A stretch of DNA of 64,000 nt from Escherichia coli (GTDB lineage: Bacteria; Pseudomonadota; Gammaproteobacteria; Enterobacterales; Enterobacteriaceae). Where the stretch lies: assembly GCF_044647545.1 (NCBI RefSeq), contig NZ_CP172818.1. One strand, given 5' to 3'. Below, one piece after another: positions 38,507-49,356 of the stretch. The translations under genes and the position numbers were made by a program. Numbering within the stretch: position 1 is the stretch's first letter; each line of letters starts with the position of its first letter. The notes beneath the pieces are model-generated. The model was not told the DNA's origin, made no database searches, and worked only from the letters and a program-made list of their open reading frames with translations.

Positions 38507-39079
38507 ATGCCAAGAGCGAACGAAATTAAAAAAGGTATGGTACTGAATTACAACGGCAAACTGCTGCTGGTTAAGGATATTGATATTCAGTCGCCCACTG
38601 CCCGCGGTGCCGCTACGCTGTACAAAATGCGTTTTTCTGATGTCCGTACCGGGCTGAAAGTAGAAGAGCGTTTCAAAGGTGATGATATCGTTGACACCGT
38701 GACGCTGACCCGCCGTTACGTTGACTTCTCCTATGTCGATGGCAACGAATATGTCTTTATGGATAAAGAAGACTATACCCCGTATACCTTCACCAAAGAT
38801 CAGATTGAAGAAGAGTTGCTGTTTATGCCTGAGGGCGGCATGCCGGACATGCAGGTGCTGACCTGGGACGGTCAACTGCTGGCGCTTGAGCTGCCGCAGA
38901 CCGTTGATCTGGAAATCGTTGAAACCGCACCTGGCATCAAAGGGGCATCTGCCAGCGCCCGTAACAAACCGGCGACATTGAGCACTGGTCTGGTGATTCA
39001 GGTACCAGAATACTTAAGCCCGGGCGAAAAAATTCGTATCCATATCGAAGAACGCCGTTATATGGGTCGTGCTGACTAA
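38507..39079 (+). CDS. yeiP: Elongation factor P-like protein YeiP (EfpL)
   Basis: Track ORF 38252..39079 trimmed to [30 protein letters not shown] (190 aa). Confidence 0.92.
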
Positions 39080-39301
39080 CTTCAGCCGCATGCAGAAAAG
39101 GGATAGCTCAGGCTGTCCCTTTTTTAATTTATTATACCAATCTTCTATTTTGCGCTTCCTGAACACCTTACGCCCGCAATTTTCACTCGTTGATTGATCG
39201 CCCTCACACTTCATCGCATTAACAATCCAGACCAATTTCAATTGCTGTCATATAACTTTACACTGTCATTGTTAATTAATCGTTACTAAGACGTGACTCC
39301 T

Positions 39302-40768
39302 ATGAATACAATCGCCTCCGTTACGCTCCCGCATCATGTACACGCTCCACGCTACGATCGCCAGCAGTTGCAATCACGTATCGTTCATTTTGGCTTTGGA
39401 GCCTTTCACCGCGCTCATCAGGCGTTACTGACCGATCGTGTGCTGAATGCCCAGGGCGGCGACTGGGGGATCTGTGAGATCAGCTTGTTCAGCGGCGATC
39501 AACTGATGAGCCAGCTCCGCGCACAGAACCATTTATATACCGTGCTGGAGAAAGGTGCGGACGGCAATCAGGCGATAATTGTCGGTGCCGTTCACGACTG
39601 CCTGAATGCAAAACTGGATTCCTTAGCGGCAATTATTGAGAAATTTTGCGAGCCACAGGTGGCAATTGTTTCCCTGACGATTACCGAAAAAGGCTATTGT
39701 ATTGACCCGGCCACCGGTGCACTCGACACCAGCAATCCGCGGATTATTCACGATCTTCAAAATCCTGAAGAACCTCACTCCGCGCCGGGTATTCTCGTCG
39801 AAGCACTGAAACGACGCCGTGAACGCGGCCTTGCACCGTTTACCGTACTCTCCTGCGACAATATTCCCGACAATGGCCATGTGGTGAAAAACGCGGTGCT
39901 GGGGATGGCGGAAAAACGTTCACCAGAACTCGCCGGGTGGATAAAAGAACACGTCAGTTTTCCGGGAACCATGGTCGACCGTATTGTTCCGGCAGCAACC
40001 GACGAATCACTGGCGGAAATCAGCCAGCATCTGGGGGTGAATGATCCCTGTGCGATTAGCTGCGAACCGTTTATCCAGTGGGTGGTGGAAGATAACTTCG
40101 TCGCTGGGCGTCCTGCCTGGGAAGTCGCAGGTGTACAAATGGTGAATGATGTCCTGCCATGGGAAGAGATGAAACTGCGGATGCTTAATGGCAGCCACTC
40201 TTTTCTCGCTTATCTGGGTTACCTCTCAGGATTCGCCCATATCAGTGATTGCATGCAGGATCGCGCATTTCGCCATGCCGCCAGAACATTAATGCTGGAT
40301 GAGCAAGCGCCGACTCTGCGAATTAAAGATGTCGATTTAACACAATATGCGGATAAGTTAATTGCACGTTTTGCTAACCCGGCGCTGAAACATAAGACCT
40401 GGCAAATCGCGATGGATGGCAGCCAGAAATTACCGCAACGTATGCTGGCAGGTATTCGCATACATCTGGCGCGCGAAACGGACTGGTCGTTGCTGGCATT
40501 AGGCGTTGCAGGCTGGATGCGTTACGTCAGCGGCGTTGATGATGCAGGAAATGCCATTGATGTTCGCGATCCGCTTAGCGATAAAATTTGCGAACTTGTT
40601 GCGGGCAGTAACAGTGAACAACGCGTAACCGCCCTGCTTTCTCTGCGTGAAGTTTTCGGTGATGATCTGCCAGATAACCCGCATTTTGTGCAGGCAATCG
40701 AACAAGCCTGGCAACAAATCGCACAATTCGGCGCGCATCAAGCGCTATTAAACACCCTCAAAATTTAA
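39302..40768 (+). CDS. yeiQ: Mannitol dehydrogenase-family oxidoreductase YeiQ
   Basis: Start at MNTIASVTLPHHVHAPRYDRQQ (488 aa); the track ORF begins 9 nt earlier at an in-frame GTG. Confidence 0.9.
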   Translation: MNTIASVTLPHHVHAPRYDRQQLQSRIVHFGFGAFHRAHQALLTDRVLNAQGGDWGICEISLFSGDQLMSQLRAQNHLYTVLEKGADGNQAIIVGAVHDCLNAKLDSLAAIIEKFCEPQVAIVSLTITEKGYCIDPATGALDTSNPRIIHDLQNPEEPHSAPGILVEALKRRRERGLAPFTVLSCDNIPDNGHVVKNAVLGMAEKRSPELAGWIKEHVSFPGTMVDRIVPAATDESLAEISQHLGVNDPCAISCEPFIQWVVEDNFVAGRPAWEVAGVQMVNDVLPWEEMKLRMLNGSHSFLAYLGYLSGFAHISDCMQDRAFRHAARTLMLDEQAPTLRIKDVDLTQYADKLIARFANPALKHKTWQIAMDGSQKLPQRMLAGIRIHLARETDWSLLALGVAGWMRYVSGVDDAGNAIDVRDPLSDKICELVAGSNSEQRVTALLSLREVFGDDLPDNPHFVQAIEQAWQQIAQFGAHQALLNTLKI

Positions 40769-40885
40769 CGATTTCTGCGGTTAAAGCGGATGAAGCTCGC
40801 CTTCGTCCGCTCTCCCCTTCTCTTTTCTGCCTTTTTTAGCCAGGATTAACGCTCAGTTAACTTTTAAGAGTATTGCGGAGCCGTT

Positions 40886-41872
40886 GTGACCAGAACCAAC
40901 CTCATCACCGGTTTTCTCGGCAGCGGGAAAACTACGTCGATTCTTCATCTGTTAGCCCATAAAGATCCCAACGAAAAATGGGCGGTACTGGTTAATGAAT
41001 TTGGGGAAGTCGGAATTGATGGTGCTTTGCTCGCCGATAGCGGCGCATTGCTGAAAGAGATCCCCGGCGGCTGCATGTGCTGCGTTAATGGTTTACCTAT
41101 GCAGGTAGGGTTGAATACCTTACTGCGTCAGGGAAAACCAGACCGCTTGTTGATAGAGCCGACCGGGCTAGGCCATCCGAAACAGATCCTCGATCTCTTA
41201 ACCGCACCCGTCTATGAACCGTGGATAGATCTGCGCGCCACGTTGTGCATTCTCGATCCACGCCTGCTGCTGGACGAAAAAAGCGCCAGCAATGAAAACT
41301 TCCGTGACCAGCTGGCTGCCGCAGACATTATTGTCGCCAATAAATCCGACCGTGCGACGCCCGAAAGTGAGCAAGCGCTACAGCGCTGGTGGCAGCAAAA
41401 TGGTGGCGATCGGCAATTAATTCACAGTGAGCATGGGAAAGTTGACGGTCATCTTCTGGATTTGCCGCGTCGCAATTTAGCCGAGTTGCCCGCCAGCGCC
41501 GCGCATTCTCATCAGCATGTCGTGAAAAAAGGGTTAGCAGCGTTAAGCCTGCCAGAGCATCAACGCTGGCGTCGCAGTCTGAACAGCGGGCAAGGATATC
41601 AGGCCTGCGGCTGGATATTCGACGCTGATACGGTATTCGACACCATTGGCATTCTGGAATGGGCGCGACTTGCACCGGTAGAACGCGTCAAAGGCGTGCT
41701 GCGTATTCCCGAAGGGCTGGTGCGAATCAACCGTCAGGGCGATGACCTGCACATTGAAACGCAAAACGTTGCGCCACCGGACAGCCGTATTGAGCTGATT
41801 TCCAGCAGCGAAGCTGACTGGAATGCCTTGCAGAGCGCGCTGTTGAAGCTTCGTTTAGCGACTACCGCGTAA
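40886..41872 (+). CDS. yeiR: COG0523/CobW-family zinc-binding GTPase YeiR
   Basis: 328 aa, GTG start; P-loop GFLGSGKTT and CxCC motif (GGCMCC). Confidence 0.92.
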   Translation: MTRTNLITGFLGSGKTTSILHLLAHKDPNEKWAVLVNEFGEVGIDGALLADSGALLKEIPGGCMCCVNGLPMQVGLNTLLRQGKPDRLLIEPTGLGHPKQILDLLTAPVYEPWIDLRATLCILDPRLLLDEKSASNENFRDQLAAADIIVANKSDRATPESEQALQRWWQQNGGDRQLIHSEHGKVDGHLLDLPRRNLAELPASAAHSHQHVVKKGLAALSLPEHQRWRRSLNSGQGYQACGWIFDADTVFDTIGILEWARLAPVERVKGVLRIPEGLVRINRQGDDLHIETQNVAPPDSRIELISSSEADWNALQSALLKLRLATTA

Positions 41873-41910
41873 GGTTGCCTGCGTTTTTCAGTAAGATAAT
41901 TAGAGAAAAT

Positions 41911-42624
41911 ATGATTAAAAATTTGCCGCAAATAGTGTTGTTGAATATTGTCGGCCTCGCGCTGTTTCTTTCCTGGTATATTCCCGTTAATCATGGATTC
42001 TGGTTGCCGATTGATGCGGATATTTTTTATTTCTTTAATCAGAAACTGGTCGAAAGTAAGGCCTTTTTGTGGCTGGTTGCATTGACCAACAATCGCGCCT
42101 TCGACGGTTGTTCACTGCTGGCGATGGGTATGTTGATGCTGAGTTTCTGGCTGAAAGAAAACGCCCCTGGCAGACGACGTATCGTGATTATTGGTCTGGT
42201 CATGCTATTAACTGCAGTGGTATTAAACCAGCTGGGTCAGGCATTAATTCCTGTAAAACGGGCCAGCCCAACATTGACTTTTACCGATATTAACCGCGTC
42301 AGCGAACTGCTCTCTGTTCCCACGAAAGATGCCTCACGAGATAGCTTTCCCGGCGATCACGGTATGATGCTGCTTATTTTTTCGGCATTCATGTGGCGTT
42401 ATTTCGGCAAAGTTGCAGGCCTTATCGCCCTTATTATTTTTGTGGTTTTTGCATTTCCCAGAGTAATGATTGGCGCACACTGGTTTACTGACATCATTGT
42501 TGGTTCGATGACCGTGATATTGATCGGTTTGCCCTGGGTGTTGCTGACGCCATTAAGTGATCGATTAATCACCTTTTTTGACAAATCACTACCGGGAAAA
42601 AACAAACATTTCCAAAACAAATAA
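41911..42624 (+). CDS. lpxT: Lipid A 1-diphosphate synthase LpxT (PAP2 family)
   Basis: Track ORF 41875..42624 trimmed to MIKNLPQIVLLNIVGLALFLSWYIP (237 aa). Confidence 0.9.
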   Translation: MIKNLPQIVLLNIVGLALFLSWYIPVNHGFWLPIDADIFYFFNQKLVESKAFLWLVALTNNRAFDGCSLLAMGMLMLSFWLKENAPGRRRIVIIGLVMLLTAVVLNQLGQALIPVKRASPTLTFTDINRVSELLSVPTKDASRDSFPGDHGMMLLIFSAFMWRYFGKVAGLIALIIFVVFAFPRVMIGAHWFTDIIVGSMTVILIGLPWVLLTPLSDRLITFFDKSLPGKNKHFQNK

Positions 42625-43035
42625 CTCACAGTAATTAACATCATCAGGGTTATTTTTATAGTGAGGATAATCCTGATGATGCGCACCGTGCTTTCATCTA
42701 TCGAACGCAAAAATCATTCTCTAAGTAAATGAATGTATTGCATGCGTTTCACTCAATCGTACTTTAATTGACCAATCCCGCTTATTAACTTTCTGTATCA
42801 CTTTTTCTTATAAAAAATCATGTAAAACCGCTCGCCAAGACCGCACCAATCGGGTAATCTCGAACTCGTTTTGCCTCGGCGGTAGATTATCCTCACAGCA
42901 TATAATTTTGTGCGTTAGTCCACAGATTTGGCCTTAAGGAATTGTTTCAACATGCCCAGGTAATTAGTCTCGTGTCGCTTGGCATTTTTTTATAACGATA
43001 TTTGTCGTTAAGGACTTCAAGGGAAAACAAACAAC

Positions 43036-43602
43036 ATGGTCAAATCTCAACCGATTTTGAGATATATCTTGCGCGGGATCCCCGCGATTGCAGTAGCGGT
43101 TCTGCTTTCTGCATGTAGTGCAAATAACACCGCAAAGAATATGCATCCTGAGACACGTGCAGTGGGTAGTGAAACATCATCACTGCAAGCTTCTCAGGAT
43201 GAATTTGAAAACCTGGTTCGTAATGTCGACGTAAAATCGCGGATTATGGATCAGTATGCTGACTGGAAAGGCGTACGCTATCGTCTGGGCGGCAGCACTA
43301 AAAAAGGTATCGATTGTTCTGGTTTCGTACAGCGTACATTCCGTGAGCAATTTGGCTTAGAACTTCCGCGTTCGACTTATGAACAGCAGGAAATGGGTAA
43401 ATCTGTTTCCCGCAGTAATTTGCGTACGGGTGATTTAGTTCTGTTCCGTGCCGGTTCAACGGGACGCCATGTCGGTATTTATATCGGCAACAACCAGTTT
43501 GTCCATGCTTCCACCAGCAGTGGCGTTATTATTTCCAGCATGAATGAACCATACTGGAAGAAGCGTTACAACGAAGCACGCCGGGTTCTCAGCCGCAGCT
43601 AA
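43036..43602 (+). CDS. mepS: Murein DD-endopeptidase MepS (Spr), NlpC/P60 lipoprotein
   Basis: 188 aa, [36 protein letters not shown]; lipobox LSAC. Confidence 0.95.
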
Positions 43603-43650
43603 TAAACCGTTTGGATGCAATCCCTTGGCTATCCTGACGAGTTAACTGAA

Positions 43651-43676
43651 AGCACTGCTTAGGCAGTGCTTTTTTG
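43651..43676 (+). terminator. Rho-independent terminator of mepS
   Basis: Hairpin AGCACTGC-TTAG-GCAGTGCT followed by TTTTTT. Confidence 0.75.
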
Positions 43677-43782
43677 TTTTCATTCATCAGAGAAAATGAT
43701 GTTTCCGCGTCTTGATCCAGGCTATAGTCCGGTCATTGTTATCTTTTAAATGTTGTCGTAATTTCAGGAAATTAACGGAATC

Positions 43783-45339
43783 ATGTTTATACGCGCTCCC
43801 AATTCTGGACGTAAGCTCCTGCTTACCTGCATTGTTGCAGGCGTGATGATTGCGATACTGGTGAGCTGCCTTCAGTTTTTAGTGGCCTGGCATAAGCACG
43901 AAGTCAAATACGACACACTGATTACCGACGTACAAAAGTATCTCGATACCTATTTTGCCGACCTGAAATCCACTACTGACCGGCTCCAGCCGCTGACCTT
44001 AGATACCTGCCAGCAGGCTAACCCCGAACTGACCGCTCGCGCGGCGTTTAGCATGAATGTCCGTACGTTTGTGCTGGTGAAAGATAAAAAAACATTCTGT
44101 TCATCTGCGACTGGTGAGATGGACATTCCACTAAAAGAATTGATTCCGGCGCTCGACATTAATAAAAATGTCGATATGGCGATCTTACCCGGTACGCCGA
44201 TGGTGCCGAACAAACCCGCAATCGTCATCTGGTATCGCAACCCTTTGCTGAAAAATAGCGGCGTCTTTGCCGCTCTGAATCTCAATCTGACGCCTTCACT
44301 CTTCTATAGCTCACGGCAGGAAGATTACGATGGTGTCGCCCTCATTATTGGTAATACTGCTCTATCTACCTTTTCGTCACGTTTGATGAATGTTAATGAA
44401 TTAACCGACATGCCGGTCCGTGAAACTAAAATTGCGGGCATTCCTCTGACCGTTCGGCTTTATGCGGATGACTGGACATGGAACGATGTGTGGTACGCAT
44501 TTTTACTGGGTGGCATGAGTGGAACTTTCGTTGGACTTCTCTGCTATTACCTGATGAGTGTGCGTATGCGCCCAGGCAGAGAAATCATGACCGCCATCAA
44601 GCGCGAACAATTTTACGTGGTATATCAACCGGTGGTTGATACACAAGCTTTGCGGGTAACGGGCCTGGAAGTACTGCTACGCTGGCGGCATCCAGTAGCA
44701 GGAGAAATCCCCCCGGATGCCTTCATTAACTTTGCCGAAGCGCAAAAGATGATTGTGCCACTGACTCAGCACCTGTTTGAGTTGATTGCCCGCGATGCCG
44801 CAGAATTAGAAAAAGTACTGCCGGTAGGCGTCAAATTTGGCATTAACATTGCGCCGGCCCACTTGCACAGCGAAAGCTTTAAAGCGGATATCCAGAAACT
44901 ACTCACTTCCCTGCCCGCACACCATTTCCAGATTGTGCTGGAAATTACCGAGCGCGATATGCTGAAAGAGCGAGAAGCCACACAACTCTTCGCCTGGCTG
45001 CATTCGGTCGGCGTAGAAATTGCTATTGATGACTTCGGCACCGGGCACAGCGCGCTTATCTATCTTGAGCGTTTTACGCTCGATTATCTGAAAATTGATC
45101 GTGGATTTATCAACGCCATCGGTACGGAAACAATCACTTCACCCGTACTTGACGCGGTGCTGACGCTGGCGAAACGTCTCAATATGCTGACAGTTGCTGA
45201 AGGGGTCGAAACGCCAGAACAGGCACGATGGCTAAGCGAACGCGGCGTTAATTTCATGCAAGGCTACTGGATTAGTCGCCCGTTACCGCTGGACGATTTT
45301 GTTCGCTGGCTGAAGAAACCGTATACGCCGCAGTGGTAA
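43783..45339 (+). CDS. pdeN: c-di-GMP phosphodiesterase PdeN (Rtn), EAL domain membrane protein
   Basis: 518 aa, MFIRAPNSGRKLLLTCIVAGVMIAILVSCLQFLVAW; C-terminal EAL-domain motifs. Confidence 0.92.
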   Translation: MFIRAPNSGRKLLLTCIVAGVMIAILVSCLQFLVAWHKHEVKYDTLITDVQKYLDTYFADLKSTTDRLQPLTLDTCQQANPELTARAAFSMNVRTFVLVKDKKTFCSSATGEMDIPLKELIPALDINKNVDMAILPGTPMVPNKPAIVIWYRNPLLKNSGVFAALNLNLTPSLFYSSRQEDYDGVALIIGNTALSTFSSRLMNVNELTDMPVRETKIAGIPLTVRLYADDWTWNDVWYAFLLGGMSGTFVGLLCYYLMSVRMRPGREIMTAIKREQFYVVYQPVVDTQALRVTGLEVLLRWRHPVAGEIPPDAFINFAEAQKMIVPLTQHLFELIARDAAELEKVLPVGVKFGINIAPAHLHSESFKADIQKLLTSLPAHHFQIVLEITERDMLKEREATQLFAWLHSVGVEIAIDDFGTGHSALIYLERFTLDYLKIDRGFINAIGTETITSPVLDAVLTLAKRLNMLTVAEGVETPEQARWLSERGVNFMQGYWISRPLPLDDFVRWLKKPYTPQW

Positions 45340-45420
45340 GGTGTGCTTACGTCCCTTATTATTCATAGTGAAAGCATGCCGGATTGCGGCTAATGATGAG
45401 TAAAAGGAAATCCGTTGCAG

Positions 45421-47235
45421 ATGATTGTGCGCATACTGCTGCTGTTTATCGCTCTGTTCACCTTTGGTGCGCAGGCGCAGGCTATCAAGGAAAGCTATGC
45501 CTTTGCCGTACTGGGCGAACCCCGGTACGCATTTAATTTCAACCATTTTGATTATGTGAACCCCGCCGCGCCAAAAGGTGGGCAAATAACGTTGTCTGCC
45601 CTCGGCACCTTCGATAATTTCAACCGCTATGCACTGCGCGGCAATCCGGGCGCACGCACCGAGCAGCTGTACGACACGCTATTTACGACTTCCGATGACG
45701 AACCAGGCAGTTATTACCCGCTGATTGCTGAAAGCGCACGCTATGCTGACGATTATTCCTGGGTGGAGGTCGCTATTAATCCACGCGCCCGTTTTCATGA
45801 TGGTTCGCCCATTACTGCCCGCGATGTAGAGTTTACTTTTCAAAAATTTATGACCGAAGGCGTGCCGCAATTTCGTCTGGTCTACAAAGGCACCACCGTC
45901 AAAGCCATTGCGCCGTTAACCGTGCGCATTGAGTTAGCTAAACCCGGCAAAGAAGATATGCTGAGTCTGTTTTCGCTGCCGGTCTTTCCAGAAAAGTACT
46001 GGAAAGATCACAAACTTAGCGACCCGCTCGCCACGCCTCCGCTTGCCAGTGGTCCGTACCGCATTACGTCCTGGAAAATGGGGCAAAATATTGTCTATTC
46101 CCGCGTGAAAGATTACTGGGCAGCAAACTTACCGGTAAACCGTGGACGCTGGAATTTCGACACCATTCGCTACGATTATTACCTCGATGATAATGTCGCC
46201 TTTGAAGCGTTTAAAGCAGGTGCCTTTGATTTGCGTATGGAAAACGACGCCAAAAACTGGGCCACGCGCTATACCGGTAAAAATTTCGATAAAAAATACA
46301 TCATCAAAGATGAGCAAAAGAACGAATCAGCCCAGGATACGCGCTGGCTGGCGTTTAATATCCAACGTCCGGTATTCAGCGATCGCCGGGTGCGGGAAGC
46401 GATCACTCTCGCCTTTGACTTTGAATGGATGAACAAAGCGTTGTTTTACACTGCCTGGAGTCGCACGAACAGTTATTTTCAGAATACCGAATACGCGGCC
46501 AGAAATTACCCCGACGCCGCGGAGCTGGTGCTTCTGGCACCAATGAAAAAAGATCTACCGCCAGAAGTCTTCACGCAAATCTACCAGCCGCCGGTATCCA
46601 AAGGCGATGGCTACGATCGTGACAACCTGTTAAAAGCCGACAAACTTCTTAACGAAGCAGGCTGGGTGCTGAAGGGTCAGCAACGCGTTAATGCCACAAC
46701 GGGTCAGCCACTCAGCTTTGAATTATTGCTTCCCGCAAGCAGCAATAGTCAGTGGGTATTACCGTTCCAGCACAGCCTGCAACGGCTGGGTATCAACATG
46801 GACATTCGCAAGGTGGATAACTCGCAAATCACCAACCGCATGCGCAGTCGCGACTATGACATGATGCCGCGCGTATGGCGGGCGATGCCGTGGCCCAGTT
46901 CCGATTTACAGATTTCCTGGTCATCGGAATATATCAATTCCACTTATAATGCCCCCGGCGTGCAAAGCCCGGTTATCGACTCGCTGATCAACCAAATTAT
47001 TGCCGCGCAGGGAAATAAAGAAAAATTACTGCCGTTGGGGCGAGCACTGGATCGCGTATTAACGTGGAATTATTACATGCTGCCAATGTGGTATATGGCG
47101 GAAGACCGTCTCGCCTGGTGGGATAAATTCTCCCAACCCGCTGTACGCCCTGTTTACAGTTTGGGTATCGATACCTGGTGGTATGACGTTAATAAAGCGG
47201 CCAAACTGCCGTCAGCCAGACAACAGGGAGAGTAG
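45421..47235 (+). CDS. yejA: Oligopeptide/microcin C ABC transporter periplasmic binding protein YejA
   Basis: Start taken at MIVRILLLFIALFTFGAQA (604 aa); the track ORF begins two codons earlier, so start is uncertain by 6 nt. Confidence 0.9.
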   Translation: MIVRILLLFIALFTFGAQAQAIKESYAFAVLGEPRYAFNFNHFDYVNPAAPKGGQITLSALGTFDNFNRYALRGNPGARTEQLYDTLFTTSDDEPGSYYPLIAESARYADDYSWVEVAINPRARFHDGSPITARDVEFTFQKFMTEGVPQFRLVYKGTTVKAIAPLTVRIELAKPGKEDMLSLFSLPVFPEKYWKDHKLSDPLATPPLASGPYRITSWKMGQNIVYSRVKDYWAANLPVNRGRWNFDTIRYDYYLDDNVAFEAFKAGAFDLRMENDAKNWATRYTGKNFDKKYIIKDEQKNESAQDTRWLAFNIQRPVFSDRRVREAITLAFDFEWMNKALFYTAWSRTNSYFQNTEYAARNYPDAAELVLLAPMKKDLPPEVFTQIYQPPVSKGDGYDRDNLLKADKLLNEAGWVLKGQQRVNATTGQPLSFELLLPASSNSQWVLPFQHSLQRLGINMDIRKVDNSQITNRMRSRDYDMMPRVWRAMPWPSSDLQISWSSEYINSTYNAPGVQSPVIDSLINQIIAAQGNKEKLLPLGRALDRVLTWNYYMLPMWYMAEDRLAWWDKFSQPAVRPVYSLGIDTWWYDVNKAAKLPSARQQGE

Positions 47236-48330
47236 ATGGGCGCTTATCTGATTCGCCGTCTGTTGCTGGTGATCCCAACGTTATGGGCGATTATCACTAT
47301 CAACTTTTTCATCGTGCAAATTGCGCCTGGCGGTCCGGTCGACCAGGCCATCGCCGCCATTGAGTTTGGTAATACTGGTGTATTACCCGGTGCAGGCGGT
47401 GAAGGTGTTCGCGCTAGCCATGCACAAACGGGCGTCGGTAATATCAGCGACAGTAATTACCGTGGCGGACGCGGATTAGATCCAGAAGTGATCGCCGAGA
47501 TCACTCATCGCTACGGTTTCGATAAGCCGATCCACGAACGTTACTTCAAAATGCTCTGGGACTACATCCGCTTTGATTTTGGCGACAGCCTTTTTCGCAG
47601 CGCCTCGGTGCTGACGCTGATTAAAGACAGTCTGCCGGTCTCCATCACCCTCGGATTGTGGAGCACGCTGATTATCTATCTGGTGTCGATTCCGTTAGGC
47701 ATTCGCAAAGCTGTTTATAATGGGAGCCGCTTTGACGTCTGGAGTAGCGCATTTATCATCATCGGCTACGCCATTCCGGCCTTTTTGTTTGCCATCCTGC
47801 TGATTGTCTTTTTCGCAGGCGGCAGCTATTTCGACCTGTTCCCTCTACGCGGCCTGGTTTCCGCTAACTTTGATTCGCTGCCGTGGTATCAGAAAATCAC
47901 CGATTATCTGTGGCATATCACGCTGCCGGTGCTGGCGACTGTGATTGGTGGCTTTGCAGCGCTGACCATGCTGACAAAAAACTCATTCCTTGATGAAGTG
48001 CGTAAGCAATACGTGGTGACGGCACGTGCGAAAGGGGTAAGTGAAAAAAATATTCTCTGGAAACATGTGTTCCGCAACGCCATGCTGCTGGTGATTGCCG
48101 GTTTTCCGGCGACGTTTATCAGCATGTTTTTTACCGGCTCGCTGCTGATTGAGGTGATGTTTTCACTCAATGGTCTTGGTTTACTGGGCTACGAAGCGAC
48201 CGTCTCGCGCGATTATCCTGTAATGTTTGGTACCTTGTATATTTTCACCCTGATTGGCCTGCTGCTGAATATTGTCAGTGATATCAGCTATACGCTGGTC
48301 GATCCGCGTATAGATTTTGAGGGACGTTAA
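47236..48330 (+). CDS. yejB: ABC transporter permease YejB
   Basis: 364 aa, [34 protein letters not shown]. Confidence 0.93.
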   Translation: MGAYLIRRLLLVIPTLWAIITINFFIVQIAPGGPVDQAIAAIEFGNTGVLPGAGGEGVRASHAQTGVGNISDSNYRGGRGLDPEVIAEITHRYGFDKPIHERYFKMLWDYIRFDFGDSLFRSASVLTLIKDSLPVSITLGLWSTLIIYLVSIPLGIRKAVYNGSRFDVWSSAFIIIGYAIPAFLFAILLIVFFAGGSYFDLFPLRGLVSANFDSLPWYQKITDYLWHITLPVLATVIGGFAALTMLTKNSFLDEVRKQYVVTARAKGVSEKNILWKHVFRNAMLLVIAGFPATFISMFFTGSLLIEVMFSLNGLGLLGYEATVSRDYPVMFGTLYIFTLIGLLLNIVSDISYTLVDPRIDFEGR

Positions 48331-49355
48331 TGTCGCGACTCAGCCCCGTCAATCAGGCCCGTTGGGCGCGTTTTCGTCATAACCGTCGCGGCTACTGGTC
48401 GTTATGGATTTTCCTCGTCTTATTTGGTTTGAGTTTGTGTTCTGAACTTATCGCCAACGATAAACCGTTGCTGGTACGTTATGACGGCAGTTGGTATTTC
48501 CCGTTGTTGAAAAACTACAGCGAAAGCGATTTTGGCGGCCCGCTGGCAAGCCAGGCTGATTATCAGGACCCGTGGCTGAAACAGCGGTTGGAAGATAAAG
48601 GCTGGGTACTGTGGGCACCGATTCGCTTTGGTGCTACCAGTATCAACTTTGCTACCGATAAGCCCTTCCCTTCTCCACCCTCCCGGCAAAACTGGCTGGG
48701 AACGGATGCCAATGGCGGCGATGTGCTGGCGCGCATTCTCTATGGCACGCGGATCTCAGTTCTGTTTGGCCTGATGCTGACCCTCTGCTCCAGCGTGATG
48801 GGCGTGCTGGCGGGGGCGCTACAAGGCTATTACGGCGGTAAAGTCGATCTCTGGGGGCAACGTTTTATTGAAGTATGGTCGGGGATGCCGACGCTGTTTT
48901 TGATTATTTTACTTTCCAGCGTCGTACAGCCTAACTTCTGGTGGCTGCTGGCAATTACTGTCTTGTTTGGCTGGATGAGTCTGGTCGGCGTGGTGCGGGC
49001 GGAGTTTTTACGTACCCGTAATTTCGACTACATCCGCGCGGCGCAGGCGCTTGGCGTCAGCGATCGCAGTATCATCCTGCGTCATATGTTGCCAAATGCC
49101 ATGGTCGCTACCCTCACCTTTTTACCGTTTATTTTATGTAGTTCGATAACCACCCTGACCTCACTCGATTTCCTCGGCTTCGGTCTGCCGCTCGGTTCAC
49201 CGTCACTCGGCGAACTGCTGTTACAAGGGAAAAATAACCTTCAGGCCCCGTGGCTTGGGATCACCGCCTTCTTGTCGGTGGCGATATTGTTGTCTTTGCT
49301 GATCTTTATTGGTGAAGCCGTCCGCGACGCATTTGATCCTAATAAGGCGGTGTAG
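48330..49355 (+). CDS. yejE: ABC transporter permease YejE
   Basis: 341 aa, [28 protein letters not shown]; 1-nt overlap with yejB. Confidence 0.93.
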   Translation: MSRLSPVNQARWARFRHNRRGYWSLWIFLVLFGLSLCSELIANDKPLLVRYDGSWYFPLLKNYSESDFGGPLASQADYQDPWLKQRLEDKGWVLWAPIRFGATSINFATDKPFPSPPSRQNWLGTDANGGDVLARILYGTRISVLFGLMLTLCSSVMGVLAGALQGYYGGKVDLWGQRFIEVWSGMPTLFLIILLSSVVQPNFWWLLAITVLFGWMSLVGVVRAEFLRTRNFDYIRAAQALGVSDRSIILRHMLPNAMVATLTFLPFILCSSITTLTSLDFLGFGLPLGSPSLGELLLQGKNNLQAPWLGITAFLSVAILLSLLIFIGEAVRDAFDPNKAV

Positions 49356-49356
49356 C

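Noticed and set aside
42399-42710. 103-aa minus-strand ORF spanning the lpxT 3' end and downstream hairpin
   Set aside because: Overlaps lpxT in antisense and reads through a palindrome, giving an Ile-rich artefactual peptide; no support as a gene.
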